Shown here piece by piece: positions 47,916-57,131 of a stretch of DNA of 64,000 nt. The DNA is from an uncultured Ectothiorhodospiraceae bacterium (lineage in GTDB: Bacteria > Pseudomonadota > Gammaproteobacteria > Nitrococcales > Nitrococcaceae), in assembly GCA_913056385.1 (NCBI GenBank), contig CAJXND010000002.1:47108-111107 (forward strand), given 5' to 3'. The notes under the pieces were generated by a model. The model was not told the origin of the DNA. It was given only the letters and a program-made list of their open reading frames with translations, and did no database searches. Made by a program: the position numbers and the translations under genes. Numbering within the stretch: the stretch's first letter is position 1; every line of letters begins with the position of its first letter.

Positions 47916-48998
47916 ATGTTCGAAGTGAAGAAAACAACCCGATGGGCACTGGCAGCGATGCTCGCTGCCGCGACCATCACCGGCGTATCCACCACGGCGA
48001 CGGCGAAGGAAGAGATCAACGTGGGCGCCTGTGTATCGTGGCCGGGATATTCATTCTTTGAAGTCGTTCGTCAGCAGGACCTGGCGCCCGATTACGATAT
48101 CAACATCTCCATTTTCGAGGACCCGCTCGGCGGGCACGCGGCCCTCGCTACCGGACAGCTCGATATCTACCTCTGCACTGGTGATTACACCCCCGTGGCG
48201 GCAGCCCGGGGCCTCGATGTCACCAATGTCGCCGTTCAGAACCTCGTCTATGGCGTCGACAAGGTGGTCATCGGCCCGGATCTGGAGCCCGAGGATCTCC
48301 GCGGTCAGCGCATCGCCGCGCCCCAGGCCTACATCGGCCAGCTGGTGATGGGACTCTGGCTGGATAGCGTGGGGATCAGCCCGGATGAGGTCACATGGGT
48401 CAACCTCAATGCCGACGAGGCGGTCGGCCCCATGATGTCGGGTGATCTGGGTGCGGCCTACATGTACGAGCCCTGGGTCAATCAGGTGGTCGACAACCTC
48501 GACGGCGCACGGGTGATCGCCGACACCTCGGCACCGGAGCTCATGGAGACGGGCATCTTCATGGACGTCATGTACATGAATACCAATTTCATCGCCGAAC
48601 ACCGTCAGGCGGCGATCGACATGTTGAAGGCGCGATTCGAGGCGACGGCTTACTGGAACGAGCATACCGACGAGGTGAATCAGACCTTCGCGGACTACCT
48701 GCAGTGGTCCAAGGCGGATATCGAGTCGATCATGGGCAGCAACGGCAAGTATCTCGAGGGCGGAATGTATATGCTCGACTTCAATGAGGTCGCCAGGATC
48801 TGCGGCGTCATGGACGGAGAGCCGCCGTTCGGCATCGACAATGGCGCGATGGAGAGCATGGTCGAGCTGACCAACGAGTGGTGGATCAAGCTCGATCTGA
48901 TGGACGAAATGCTCGCCGATCCGAGCGATGCATTCGACTGCAGTCTGGTCGGGGACCTTGCCGCCCAGGGCTACCGTCAGACGTTCTCGGCGCGTTGA
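47916..48998 (+). CDS. ABC transporter substrate-binding protein, NitT/TauT (SsuA/NMT1-like) family
   Basis: Signal peptide ending ATA; SWPGY; YEPW; acidic periplasmic protein; upstream of permease and ATPase. Confidence 0.88.
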   Translation: MFEVKKTTRWALAAMLAAATITGVSTTATAKEEINVGACVSWPGYSFFEVVRQQDLAPDYDINISIFEDPLGGHAALATGQLDIYLCTGDYTPVAAARGLDVTNVAVQNLVYGVDKVVIGPDLEPEDLRGQRIAAPQAYIGQLVMGLWLDSVGISPDEVTWVNLNADEAVGPMMSGDLGAAYMYEPWVNQVVDNLDGARVIADTSAPELMETGIFMDVMYMNTNFIAEHRQAAIDMLKARFEATAYWNEHTDEVNQTFADYLQWSKADIESIMGSNGKYLEGGMYMLDFNEVARICGVMDGEPPFGIDNGAMESMVELTNEWWIKLDLMDEMLADPSDAFDCSLVGDLAAQGYRQTFSAR

Positions 48999-49068
48999 AT
49001 CCCGGGGCCAGGGACGGCCCATCCTCTCAATCCAGAATCATCATGCGAGAATGGGGCGGAGTCTCCCT

Positions 49069-49905
49069 ATGAGTCAGAATCGCCAGAATCCGGTCGGCAC
49101 CAGGGCCCAGCGGGGGCCCTGGCTGGAGTTCCTGCGGCCCATATCCACCCGCGAGAGCGCGCTGCTCGGGCTTGTGATCTGGGTCCTCTTCTTCGTCGGC
49201 TGGGAAGTCGCCGCCTGGCGGGAACTGGTGAACCCACTGCTTCTGCCGCCGCCGGAGCAGGTCCTGGTCTCGCTCTACGATCTGCTGGTGAACCGCGGCT
49301 TCGGCGTGGATATCGGCGTGAGTATCCTGCGCATCCTCGCCAGCTTCGTCGCCGCCTGCATTATTGCCATACCGCTTGGCGTCCTGATGGGCTCCTTTGC
49401 GCGCATCGAAGGACTGTTCAATCCGTTTGTCTCGGCCTGGCGCTACCTGCCGGCTCCGGCCTTCATCCCGATTCTGCTGGCCTGGTTCGGCACCGGTGAA
49501 GAACCCAAGCTGGCGTTGCTCTTCCTCGGTGTGATCTGGTTTCTGATCACGCTGGTCATGGACCATACGCGCAACGTTCGCGACGAGCTCATCGAGACCG
49601 CCATGACCCTCGGTGCGAGGCGATGGCAGGTGCTCTGGACGGTGATCGTGCCGGCGGTCCTGCCCAACATCCTGATCGCCATGCGTCAGATGCTCGCCAT
49701 CGCCTGGACCTATCTCGTGATCGCCGAGATCATCGCCGCGACGAACGGCATCGGTGCGGTCATGTGGCGGGCGCGCCGATTCCTGGATACCGACGAGATT
49801 CTCGCCGGCATCCTGGTGATCGGCGTGCTGGGACTGGCGTTCGATCTGTTGTTCCGCTGGCTCTACCGAATTCTGTTTCCCTATCTCGATCGCAACGGCC
49901 GCTGA
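49069..49905 (+). CDS. ABC transporter permease, TauC/SsuC-like
   Basis: LLPPPEQV, SILRI, PAPAFIP, EAA-like IETAMTLGA, WTYLVIAEIIAA. Confidence 0.93.
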   Translation: MSQNRQNPVGTRAQRGPWLEFLRPISTRESALLGLVIWVLFFVGWEVAAWRELVNPLLLPPPEQVLVSLYDLLVNRGFGVDIGVSILRILASFVAACIIAIPLGVLMGSFARIEGLFNPFVSAWRYLPAPAFIPILLAWFGTGEEPKLALLFLGVIWFLITLVMDHTRNVRDELIETAMTLGARRWQVLWTVIVPAVLPNILIAMRQMLAIAWTYLVIAEIIAATNGIGAVMWRARRFLDTDEILAGILVIGVLGLAFDLLFRWLYRILFPYLDRNGR

Positions 49906-49921
49906 GCCGGGGAGCGCATGC

Positions 49922-50770
49922 ATGACACTCCAGGCCCCGACAACCGCTGCCGCCCCGTCAGGACAGCCCCATCTGGCGCTGGAGGGCGTTGGCAAGGTCT
50001 TCGAGCTCCGGCGCAACGAGCACATCGAAGCCATCAAGGATGTCAGTTTCACCATGCAGGAGAACGAGGTCTGCGTGATTCTCGGCCCCTCGGGTTGCGG
50101 CAAGTCCACGGTCCTGCGGATGGTGGCGGGTCTTGAGAGCCCCAGCGCCGGCCAGCTCCTGCTGGATGGCAACCCGATTCATGGTCCGGGTCGCGAGCGG
50201 GGCATGGTCTTCCAGAGCTATACCTCGTTCGACTGGTTGACCGTGCAGGACAACGTCGAATACGGGATGCGGCTCAATGGCGCCGGCGCACGGGAGCGCC
50301 GGGAACGCGCCGCCGAGTTCATCGAGCTGGTGGGTCTGACAAAGTTCGCCAATGCCTATCCACGGCAGTTGTCGGGGGGCATGAAACAGCGCGTCGCGAT
50401 CGCAAGAACGCTGGCCAATGATCCAGCGCTGCTGCTGATGGACGAGCCCTTCGGTGCACTCGATGCGCAGACACGCTGGCATATGCAGGAGCTGATGATG
50501 AGTGTCGTGGAGTCCACGCGGACATCGGTCCTGATGGTGACGCATGATATCGAAGAGGCCATTTTCCTCGCCGACCGGATTGAGTTCATGTCGCGCCATC
50601 CGGGCAGCGTGCTGGAGGAGATCAAGCCCACGTTCAAGCAGGGGCAGCGGTTCACGCGCAAGGAACAGTTGCTCGATTTCCCCGAATACGGCGATCTTGA
50701 GCGGCACGTCATGAAACTGATGCGGCAGCAGGGCGGTGACGATGCAACACCGGCCGAGCAGGGCGCCTGA
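49922..50770 (+). CDS. ABC transporter ATP-binding protein, TauB/SsuB-like
   Basis: GPSGCGKS, LSGGMKQR, MDEPFGALD, THDIEEA. Confidence 0.95.
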   Translation: MTLQAPTTAAAPSGQPHLALEGVGKVFELRRNEHIEAIKDVSFTMQENEVCVILGPSGCGKSTVLRMVAGLESPSAGQLLLDGNPIHGPGRERGMVFQSYTSFDWLTVQDNVEYGMRLNGAGARERRERAAEFIELVGLTKFANAYPRQLSGGMKQRVAIARTLANDPALLLMDEPFGALDAQTRWHMQELMMSVVESTRTSVLMVTHDIEEAIFLADRIEFMSRHPGSVLEEIKPTFKQGQRFTRKEQLLDFPEYGDLERHVMKLMRQQGGDDATPAEQGA

Positions 50771-50801
50771 GACGATCATGGACAACAGACAGGGAGGCGG
50801 A

Positions 50802-51581
50802 ATGCCGGCAGGACCGACATGTATCTGGGAGATGACCTGGCCGGAGTTTGCCGAACAGGTGGACCGCAATCCGGTGGTCCTGCTCCCCACCGGCATGACC
50901 GAGCAGCACGGCCCCCATCTCCCGCTCGGAGTGGATTTCCAGCTTCCCCTCGCGATTGCGGATCTGGTGGCCCGGGAGATCGACGGGCTCATCGCGCCTC
51001 CGTTGCACTATGGCTACAAATCCATGCCCCGGACGGGCGGCGGGCCGGGGTTTCCTGGCTCGCTCGGGCTGGACGGCGCCACCCTCAGTGCGATCCTCCG
51101 GGATCTGATCCGCGAGCTGGCCCGCTCGGGAGTCCGGCGAATCGTGGTGCTTGACGGCCATCTGGAGAATCGCTGGTTTCTGACCGAGGGGATCGATCTC
51201 GCGGTCCGCGAGCTGGGTGAACGCTCCCCTCGCGTGGTCTGCATGCAGCACTGGGACTTTCTCGACGACGAGACCATGACAAGGGTTTTCCCGGAAGGCT
51301 ATGCCGGGATCGACAAGGAGCATGCGGCGATCCTTGAGACATCGCTGATGATGCATTTCTACCCGCAGCATGTCCGCCTCGATCGGATACCGGATGAGCC
51401 GCCGCTCGCGGCGCCGCCCTATGACACCTGGCCGGCGCGGCCTGAGTGGATCCCGCCGGGGGGTGCGCTGACCTCGGCAAAGCCGGCCACGGCGGCCAAG
51501 GGCGAATGCGTGGCGGACTGCTATCGACGCCGAATCAGCGCTGCATTGCGCGCGGAATTCGATCTGGGAGAGGGGCCATGA
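50802..51581 (+). CDS. Creatininase-family cyclic amidohydrolase
   Basis: TEQHGPH, VD, GYKS..TGGG..FPG, DGHLEN, EHAAILETS metal ligands intact; GGAGG RBS before ATG 50802. Confidence 0.93.
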   Translation: MPAGPTCIWEMTWPEFAEQVDRNPVVLLPTGMTEQHGPHLPLGVDFQLPLAIADLVAREIDGLIAPPLHYGYKSMPRTGGGPGFPGSLGLDGATLSAILRDLIRELARSGVRRIVVLDGHLENRWFLTEGIDLAVRELGERSPRVVCMQHWDFLDDETMTRVFPEGYAGIDKEHAAILETSLMMHFYPQHVRLDRIPDEPPLAAPPYDTWPARPEWIPPGGALTSAKPATAAKGECVADCYRRRISAALRAEFDLGEGP

Positions 51582-52345
51582 ACCCGGGATCACGCCATGT
51601 CCTCGTGACCGGCGCGAGTCGCGGCATTGGCCGCGGCGTGGCGGAGGCATTCGCGCGGGAAGGGCATGCGCTGACCCTGCTGGCCGACGATGAATCGGTG
51701 CATTCCGTCGCGGCGCAGATCGCCCGGGAGATCGGCGCGGAGGTCGAGGCCCGATGCTGTGACATCACCGATGCGGACGCGCTGGCCAGGGCCTTTAACG
51801 ATATCCGACCGATCGATGTGCTGATCAGTAATGCGGGGATCGAATTGCCCACGCCGCTGGATGATGGGAGCGCCGAGACGCACCGGCGTTTCGCCCGGAT
51901 TATCGATGTCAACGTGACCGGCACCTGGCAGGTCATGCGGGCCGCCCTGCCGCATCTGATGGATGGCGGGAGTGTGGTGGTGACCGCCTCGATCTGGGGG
52001 CGAACCGCCGTGCCCGGGTTTTCCGCCTATGTGGCCTCGAAGCATGCACTCATCGGCCTGACCCGGACCTGGTCCCGCGAACTTGCCGCGCGCGGCATCC
52101 GCGTCAATGCGGTCTGCCCGGGATGGGTCCGTACCGAGGCCTCGATGGCCTCACTCGACTGGATGGCCGAACAGGAGGGTCGCTCCGTGGGTGAGCTGCT
52201 CGCCGAAATCGAGGCGGGACAGAGCCTGCCCGGGCTCATGGAGCCGGACGATATCGCCGGGTTGTATGTCTATCTCGCCTCATCGGCCGCCCACGGGCTG
52301 ACCGGGCAGGCCATTCCCGTCGACCGCGGCGAGGTGATGGCATGA
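51578..52345 (+). CDS. Short-chain dehydrogenase/reductase (SDR 1)
   Basis: TGASRGIG, SNAG, AS, YVASK, VCPGWV; ATGA overlap with amidohydrolase. Confidence 0.94.
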   Translation: MNPGSRHVLVTGASRGIGRGVAEAFAREGHALTLLADDESVHSVAAQIAREIGAEVEARCCDITDADALARAFNDIRPIDVLISNAGIELPTPLDDGSAETHRRFARIIDVNVTGTWQVMRAALPHLMDGGSVVVTASIWGRTAVPGFSAYVASKHALIGLTRTWSRELAARGIRVNAVCPGWVRTEASMASLDWMAEQEGRSVGELLAEIEAGQSLPGLMEPDDIAGLYVYLASSAAHGLTGQAIPVDRGEVMA

Positions 52346-53094
52346 GCGGGCGCCTCGAGGGCATTCGGGCCGTGGTCACCGGTGGCTCGCGCGGGATCGG
52401 TCGTGCCTGTGCCATCGCCATGGCCACCGCTGGCGCGAAGGTCGTCATCATCTACCAGGGCAGCGAACAAGCGGCGACCGCGGTCGTCGACGAGATGCGC
52501 GCAATCTCACCGGGACACCGGTCACTGCGCGCCGACGTCTCCTCGGAACCGGAGGTCGTCGAGGCCATGACGACAGGCACTCGGTACCTCGGCGGGCTGG
52601 ACGTCCTTGTCAACTGCGCGGGGGTCCTCGAGGAACGACCGCTGCTGGAGACGGATGCCGCCGCCTTTGACCGGATCATCGCGGTCAATCTGCGCGGTGC
52701 GTTCCTGGTCGGTCGCGAGGCGGTACGCCACATGATGGCAGGGCCCGGGCATGGTCAGATCATCAACATCGGGTCGGATCTGGCGGATCTCGGGCGCCCC
52801 CGGAACAGCGCGTACTGTGCCTCCAAGGCAGGCATCGCCGCGCTGACACGCTGCTGGGCGCGCGAGTTCGGGCCCATGATCCGCGTCAACACCGTGGCCC
52901 CCGGACCCATCGCAACGGACATGCTGAGCGCAGAGACCATGAGCGAGGAGAGCCTTGCGGAGGAGACCCGGACTCCGCTCGGGCGGATCGGGGAACCGCG
53001 CGAGGTTGCCGACTTCGTTGTTTTTCTTGCGGGCCCGGGAGGGTCGTTCACCACCGGCCAGACGCTAGGCGTCAATGGCGGCAGCACAATGTAA
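52342..53094 (+). CDS. Short-chain dehydrogenase/reductase (SDR 2)
   Basis: TGGSRGIG, NCAG, GS, YCASK, VAPGPI, TGQTL; ATGA overlap with SDR 1. Confidence 0.94.
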   Translation: MSGRLEGIRAVVTGGSRGIGRACAIAMATAGAKVVIIYQGSEQAATAVVDEMRAISPGHRSLRADVSSEPEVVEAMTTGTRYLGGLDVLVNCAGVLEERPLLETDAAAFDRIIAVNLRGAFLVGREAVRHMMAGPGHGQIINIGSDLADLGRPRNSAYCASKAGIAALTRCWAREFGPMIRVNTVAPGPIATDMLSAETMSEESLAEETRTPLGRIGEPREVADFVVFLAGPGGSFTTGQTLGVNGGSTM

Positions 53095-53142
53095 AGCAAC
53101 GACGGCACGATCCACGCCCACCGTTACCAGGAGAGCAGTTCA

Positions 53143-54114
53143 ATGAAGCGCCCGGATTCCCATTTCCGACCCATCAGCGGCTCGGCCCTGCCACGCTTCG
53201 CGGGGCCCTCGACATTCATGCGTTTGCCCATGGTGGAGGATCCGGCGGAGGTCGATATTGCCCTGGTCGGGTTACCCTGGGACGGGGGCACGACGAACCG
53301 CGCCGGTGCGCGTCATGGCCCTCGCGAAATCCGCAATCAGTCGAGCATGATGCGCCTGGTGCATCAGGCGAGCCGCATCGCCCCCTATGATCTGTGCCGA
53401 GTGGCCGATCTCGGGGATGTTCCCGTCAACCCCATCGACCTGTCCGATACCCTCGAGCGGGCCACGGCGTTCTTCCAGCGCATCTGCGCGGCTGGCGCCA
53501 CACCACTCACGGCCGGTGGCGATCATCTGGGATCGTTGCCCGCGCTCCGCGCGGTAGCCGCCCAGCGCCCGGTCGGCCTGGTGCAGTTCGACTCGCATTC
53601 CGATACCAACGACAGCTATTTTGGCGAAGCCAATCGCTTTACCCATGGAACGCCGTTCCGACGGGGCATCGAGGAAGGGCTGCTCGACCCGAAGCGGATG
53701 GTTCAGATCGGCATCCGCGGATCACTCTATTCCGAATCCGATCTCGACTACGCCCTTGAGCAGGGCATTCGTGTGATCGAGATAGAGGAGTACTTTGATC
53801 TCGGGGTTGAGGCGGTCATCGCCGAAATCCATCGTGTCATCGGCACCGGACCGGTCTACGCGACGTTCGATGTCGATGTGCTTGATCCCGTCTATGCGCC
53901 GGGCACGGGAACGCCGGAAGTCGGCGGGATGAGCACGGTCGAGGCGCAGCGGCTGCTGCGGGGTCTGCATGGGCTCGATGTGGTGGGTGCGGATGTCATG
54001 GAGGTGTCGCCTCCATTCGACTCCGGTTATCTCACGGCACTCACCGGCGCCACGATGCTCTTCGAGCTGCTCTGCGTCCTGGCAGGCGCCATCGCCGACC
54101 GCCGCGGTCGCTGA
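53143..54114 (+). CDS. Ureohydrolase (agmatinase family), 3-guanidinopropionase GpuA-like
   Basis: PRFAG, PWDGGTTNRAGARHGPREIR, GGDH, DSHSD, HGTPF, FDVDVLDP, EVSP; closely resembles P. aeruginosa GpuA as recalled. Confidence 0.92.
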   Translation: MKRPDSHFRPISGSALPRFAGPSTFMRLPMVEDPAEVDIALVGLPWDGGTTNRAGARHGPREIRNQSSMMRLVHQASRIAPYDLCRVADLGDVPVNPIDLSDTLERATAFFQRICAAGATPLTAGGDHLGSLPALRAVAAQRPVGLVQFDSHSDTNDSYFGEANRFTHGTPFRRGIEEGLLDPKRMVQIGIRGSLYSESDLDYALEQGIRVIEIEEYFDLGVEAVIAEIHRVIGTGPVYATFDVDVLDPVYAPGTGTPEVGGMSTVEAQRLLRGLHGLDVVGADVMEVSPPFDSGYLTALTGATMLFELLCVLAGAIADRRGR

Positions 54115-54122
54115 GCCGGGCA

Positions 54123-54152
54123 TAGCGGACGGGGCCCGTACCCCATCCGCTA
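54123..54152. terminator. Hairpin between convergent ureohydrolase and rne stops
   Basis: TAGCGGA-C-GGGG...CCCC-A-TCCGCTA, 11 bp; weak U-tract. Confidence 0.45.
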
Positions 54153-54164
54153 CACGACGCGGAA

Positions 54165-56735
54165 TCAGTCAGCGCCGGGCTGTTCCTCCGCGGAATCCCC
54201 ATCGGCCGATGCCGCTGGCAGACGCGGCCTTCCCGGCCAGCGCCGGGGATCATCCGTTCTGACAGAGCGGGTCGCCGGGGCGTCCTCGGCCTCCTTCGAT
54301 GCGCTGATCTCCGCGGATTCACTGGTGCTGGCAGTCTCAGGCTTACGACTCCGTCCGTTGGACCGGCGCCGTGTCCGGCTGCGGGATTTCTGCGCCCCGT
54401 CATCATCCGCCACGGTCTTGCTCGCGTCGGGTCGCTCCGGCTCGGGCGTTGCTGCTTTCTCTGCCTCTTCTACCGCATCGGCCGCCTGAGCCTCCGGCCC
54501 GCCCTCATCAACCGTTGCCGAGCCGCCTGTCTCGGTGCTCTGGCCATTGCCGCTGCGACGACGTCGACGCCCGCCGCGCCGACCACGACGGCTCCGGGAA
54601 CCGCTCCCGGTACCGGCCGCCGAAGCGGACTGACGACCCTCGGGAGCCTCGGCAGAGGCCTTCTCGGCATGCCCGGCGGATATTCCGTTCGGCCCGGCAT
54701 CATCGGTCTTTTGCGTTCCTTCCGCCGCAGCACGGGCGTTCTCGCCATCCGCCCGTCCGCCGGTAGCCTTGCCATTACCGCTGGTCGAGGTACGCGAGCG
54801 CCGCTGACCACCGCGGCGGCCACTCTGGCCATTGCCACCGCTACTGCCGCTCCGGCGGCGGCGGTCGCCGCTCCCGCGGGTGCGCTCACGCGATTCACCG
54901 TCGCCGCCGCCGCTGGACGGCGCAGTCTCTGTCTCGGCCGGCGTGGCCTTGCCATCGGTCGACGCCTTGCCGGTCGTCTCGGCTTCGCCACTGACCAGGC
55001 GCTTGAGCCAGCCGATCAGGCCCGGTCCACGGTCCGCTTCGGCGGCAGCGCCGTTCCCGGAAACGATTGAGGCGCTGGTGGCCGGCGCGCTCTCGGCCGG
55101 GGCGCTCTCGGCCCTGGGCGTTGGGGTCGGAGCCGGCGTGGCCGGACTGACGCCGCTCACCACCGGCTTCTCGGCGCGGGGACGTTCCGCCGTCAGCAAT
55201 TCCTCCGCGCGACTCGGCTGACCGTCCTCACCGGCCATCTGATAACTCGTCTCGGTCTCGGTCTCCTCATCCGTACGCACCCGCTGCAGCTCGTAGTGCG
55301 GCGTTTCCAGGTTGCGATTGGGGATGAGGATGACGTCGATCCCGTTGCGGGTCTCGATGGTGTCGAGGATGCCCCGCTTTTCGTTCAGCAGGAAAGTGGC
55401 CACATCAACCGGCAGCTGCGCGACCACCTTGCCGGTTTTGTCCTTCATGGCCTCTTCCTCGATGATCCGCAGCACCGAGAGGGCCAGCGATTCCACGCTG
55501 CGCACCGTCCCCTGGCCGCTGCAGCGGCTGCAGAGCTCGAGGGAGGATTCGCCGAGAGAGGAGCGCAGGCGCTGGCGCGACATCTCGAGCAGGCCGAACC
55601 GGGAAATCCGGCCAACCTGGACACGCGCCCGGTCCTGCTTGACCGCCTCGCGCAGCCGGTTTTCAACCTCCCGCTGGTTCCGGTTGGGGCCCATGTCGAT
55701 GAAGTCGATCACGATCAGGCCGCCAAGATCGCGCAGGCGCAGTTGGCGGGCGATCTCCTCGGCGGCTTCGACATTGGTCTTGAGTGCGGTCTCCTCGATG
55801 TCCGCGCCCTTGGTGGCGCGGGCGGAGTTGATGTCGATCGAGATCAGCGCTTCGGTATGGTCGATGACGATCACGCCACCGCTGGGCAGCCGGACCTCGC
55901 GCTGGAAGGCCGATTCGATCTGGCTCTCGATCTGATAGCGGCTGAACAGCGGCACCTTGTCATCGTAGAACTTGAGCTTCTGCAGGTTGTGGGGCATCAC
56001 CTGCTGGACGAACTCACGAGCGCGCTCGTAGACATCGCGGTCATCAATGAGGATTTCGCCGATATCCGAGCGCAGGTAGTCGCGCAGGGCCCGGATGATG
56101 ACATTGCTCTCCTGGTAGATCAGGAAGGGCGCCGACCGGGTCTCCGCCGCCTTCTGCACGGCGCTCCAGAGATTGCGCAGGTAGTCCAGATCCCACTGCA
56201 GCTCCTCGGCATTGCGCCCGACGCCGGCGGTGCGCACGATCAGGCCCATGCCCTCCGGCACATCGAGTTCCTTGAGCGCGTCGCGGATCTCGTTGCGCTC
56301 GGGCCCCTCGATGCGCCGCGAGACGCCGCCGGCCCGCGGATTGTTGGGCATCAGGACCAGGTAGCGGCCAGCGAGGCTGATGAAAGTGGTCAGTGCAGCG
56401 CCCTTGTTGCCGCGCTCCTCCTTCTCCACCTGGACCACGACCTCGAGGCCTTCCTTGATGACATCGGCGATCGACGCCTTGGCAGGATCGATATCGCCAC
56501 TGAAGTACTCGCGGGCGATCTCCTTGAAGGGCAGAAAGCCGTGGCGCTCCGCACCGTACTGGACGAAGGCGGCCTCGAGGCTGGGCTCGACCCGCGTGAT
56601 CCGTCCCTTGTAGATGTTGGCTTTTTTACGTTCCCGTGCCGGTGTCTCGATATCCAGGTCGTAGAGTGACTGGCCGTCGACCAGTGCAACGCGCAGCTCT
56701 TCGGGCTGGGTTGCATTGACGAGCATTCTTTTCAT
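54165..56735 (-). CDS. rne: Ribonuclease E
   Basis: [42 protein letters not shown], Zn-link CSRCSG, membrane helix GLIGWLKRL, Arg-rich disordered CTD. Confidence 0.98.
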   Translation of the reverse strand: MKRMLVNATQPEELRVALVDGQSLYDLDIETPARERKKANIYKGRITRVEPSLEAAFVQYGAERHGFLPFKEIAREYFSGDIDPAKASIADVIKEGLEVVVQVEKEERGNKGAALTTFISLAGRYLVLMPNNPRAGGVSRRIEGPERNEIRDALKELDVPEGMGLIVRTAGVGRNAEELQWDLDYLRNLWSAVQKAAETRSAPFLIYQESNVIIRALRDYLRSDIGEILIDDRDVYERAREFVQQVMPHNLQKLKFYDDKVPLFSRYQIESQIESAFQREVRLPSGGVIVIDHTEALISIDINSARATKGADIEETALKTNVEAAEEIARQLRLRDLGGLIVIDFIDMGPNRNQREVENRLREAVKQDRARVQVGRISRFGLLEMSRQRLRSSLGESSLELCSRCSGQGTVRSVESLALSVLRIIEEEAMKDKTGKVVAQLPVDVATFLLNEKRGILDTIETRNGIDVILIPNRNLETPHYELQRVRTDEETETETSYQMAGEDGQPSRAEELLTAERPRAEKPVVSGVSPATPAPTPTPRAESAPAESAPATSASIVSGNGAAAEADRGPGLIGWLKRLVSGEAETTGKASTDGKATPAETETAPSSGGGDGESRERTRGSGDRRRRSGSSGGNGQSGRRGGQRRSRTSTSGNGKATGGRADGENARAAAEGTQKTDDAGPNGISAGHAEKASAEAPEGRQSASAAGTGSGSRSRRGRRGGRRRRRSGNGQSTETGGSATVDEGGPEAQAADAVEEAEKAATPEPERPDASKTVADDDGAQKSRSRTRRRSNGRSRKPETASTSESAEISASKEAEDAPATRSVRTDDPRRWPGRPRLPAASADGDSAEEQPGAD

Positions 56736-57073
56736 GCCGAAATGATCTCCGGCGTCTGCCCCGGGTGTCCGCGCATGCGTCATGCTGGCCGGCGCAGCGC
56801 CAGTGGAGACTGGCGAGCGTCAACGGCAGGAGCGCCTTTTGGAAGGGCTCTGGGAAGCAACTGATTCGCAGGATCGCAAGACCCGTCATGGGGTGTCCAA
56901 TTGCGGGCGCCAGGGCAGGCGCGTTGTCAGGTTGAATTTTTTCATCGTACCGGACGACGACCGCAGGCCGCCGCCCGTGCAGCATTCTTTCCCGTCCGGC
57001 AGGGAGCGCACCCGTACGCGCCTCTCACCCGCCGAATCCCGGAGAGTGTAGCAATTTGCTGTTAATGCGTCCA
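56736..57073 (-). promoter_or_regulatory. rne promoter and ~300-nt 5' leader
   Basis: Minus strand TGGACG (57068-57073), 17 nt, extended -10 TGcTACACT (57045-57050); ~300 nt to ATG. Confidence 0.55.
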
Positions 57074-57131
57074 AAAATCACCGGAAGGTGTGGCAGTCTT
57101 GCGGCTTGTCGAACAGCGGGGGCAAGGATCA

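Noticed and set aside
50802-53094. Mycofactocin system (MftE + SDRs) or archaeal FAPy deformylase
   Set aside because: No mftA-D, radical SAM or precursor peptide; the protein has the CrnA-type GYKS...GGG..FPG segment
53143-54114. Ni-dependent guanidine hydrolase GdmH or metformin hydrolase
   Set aside because: No hypA/hypB chaperones or second ureohydrolase subunit nearby; sequence resembles GpuA
54165-55300. Low-complexity Arg/Ala/Ser/Gly-rich stretch as a repeat element or separate gene
   Set aside because: It is the normal intrinsically disordered C-terminal scaffold of RNase E
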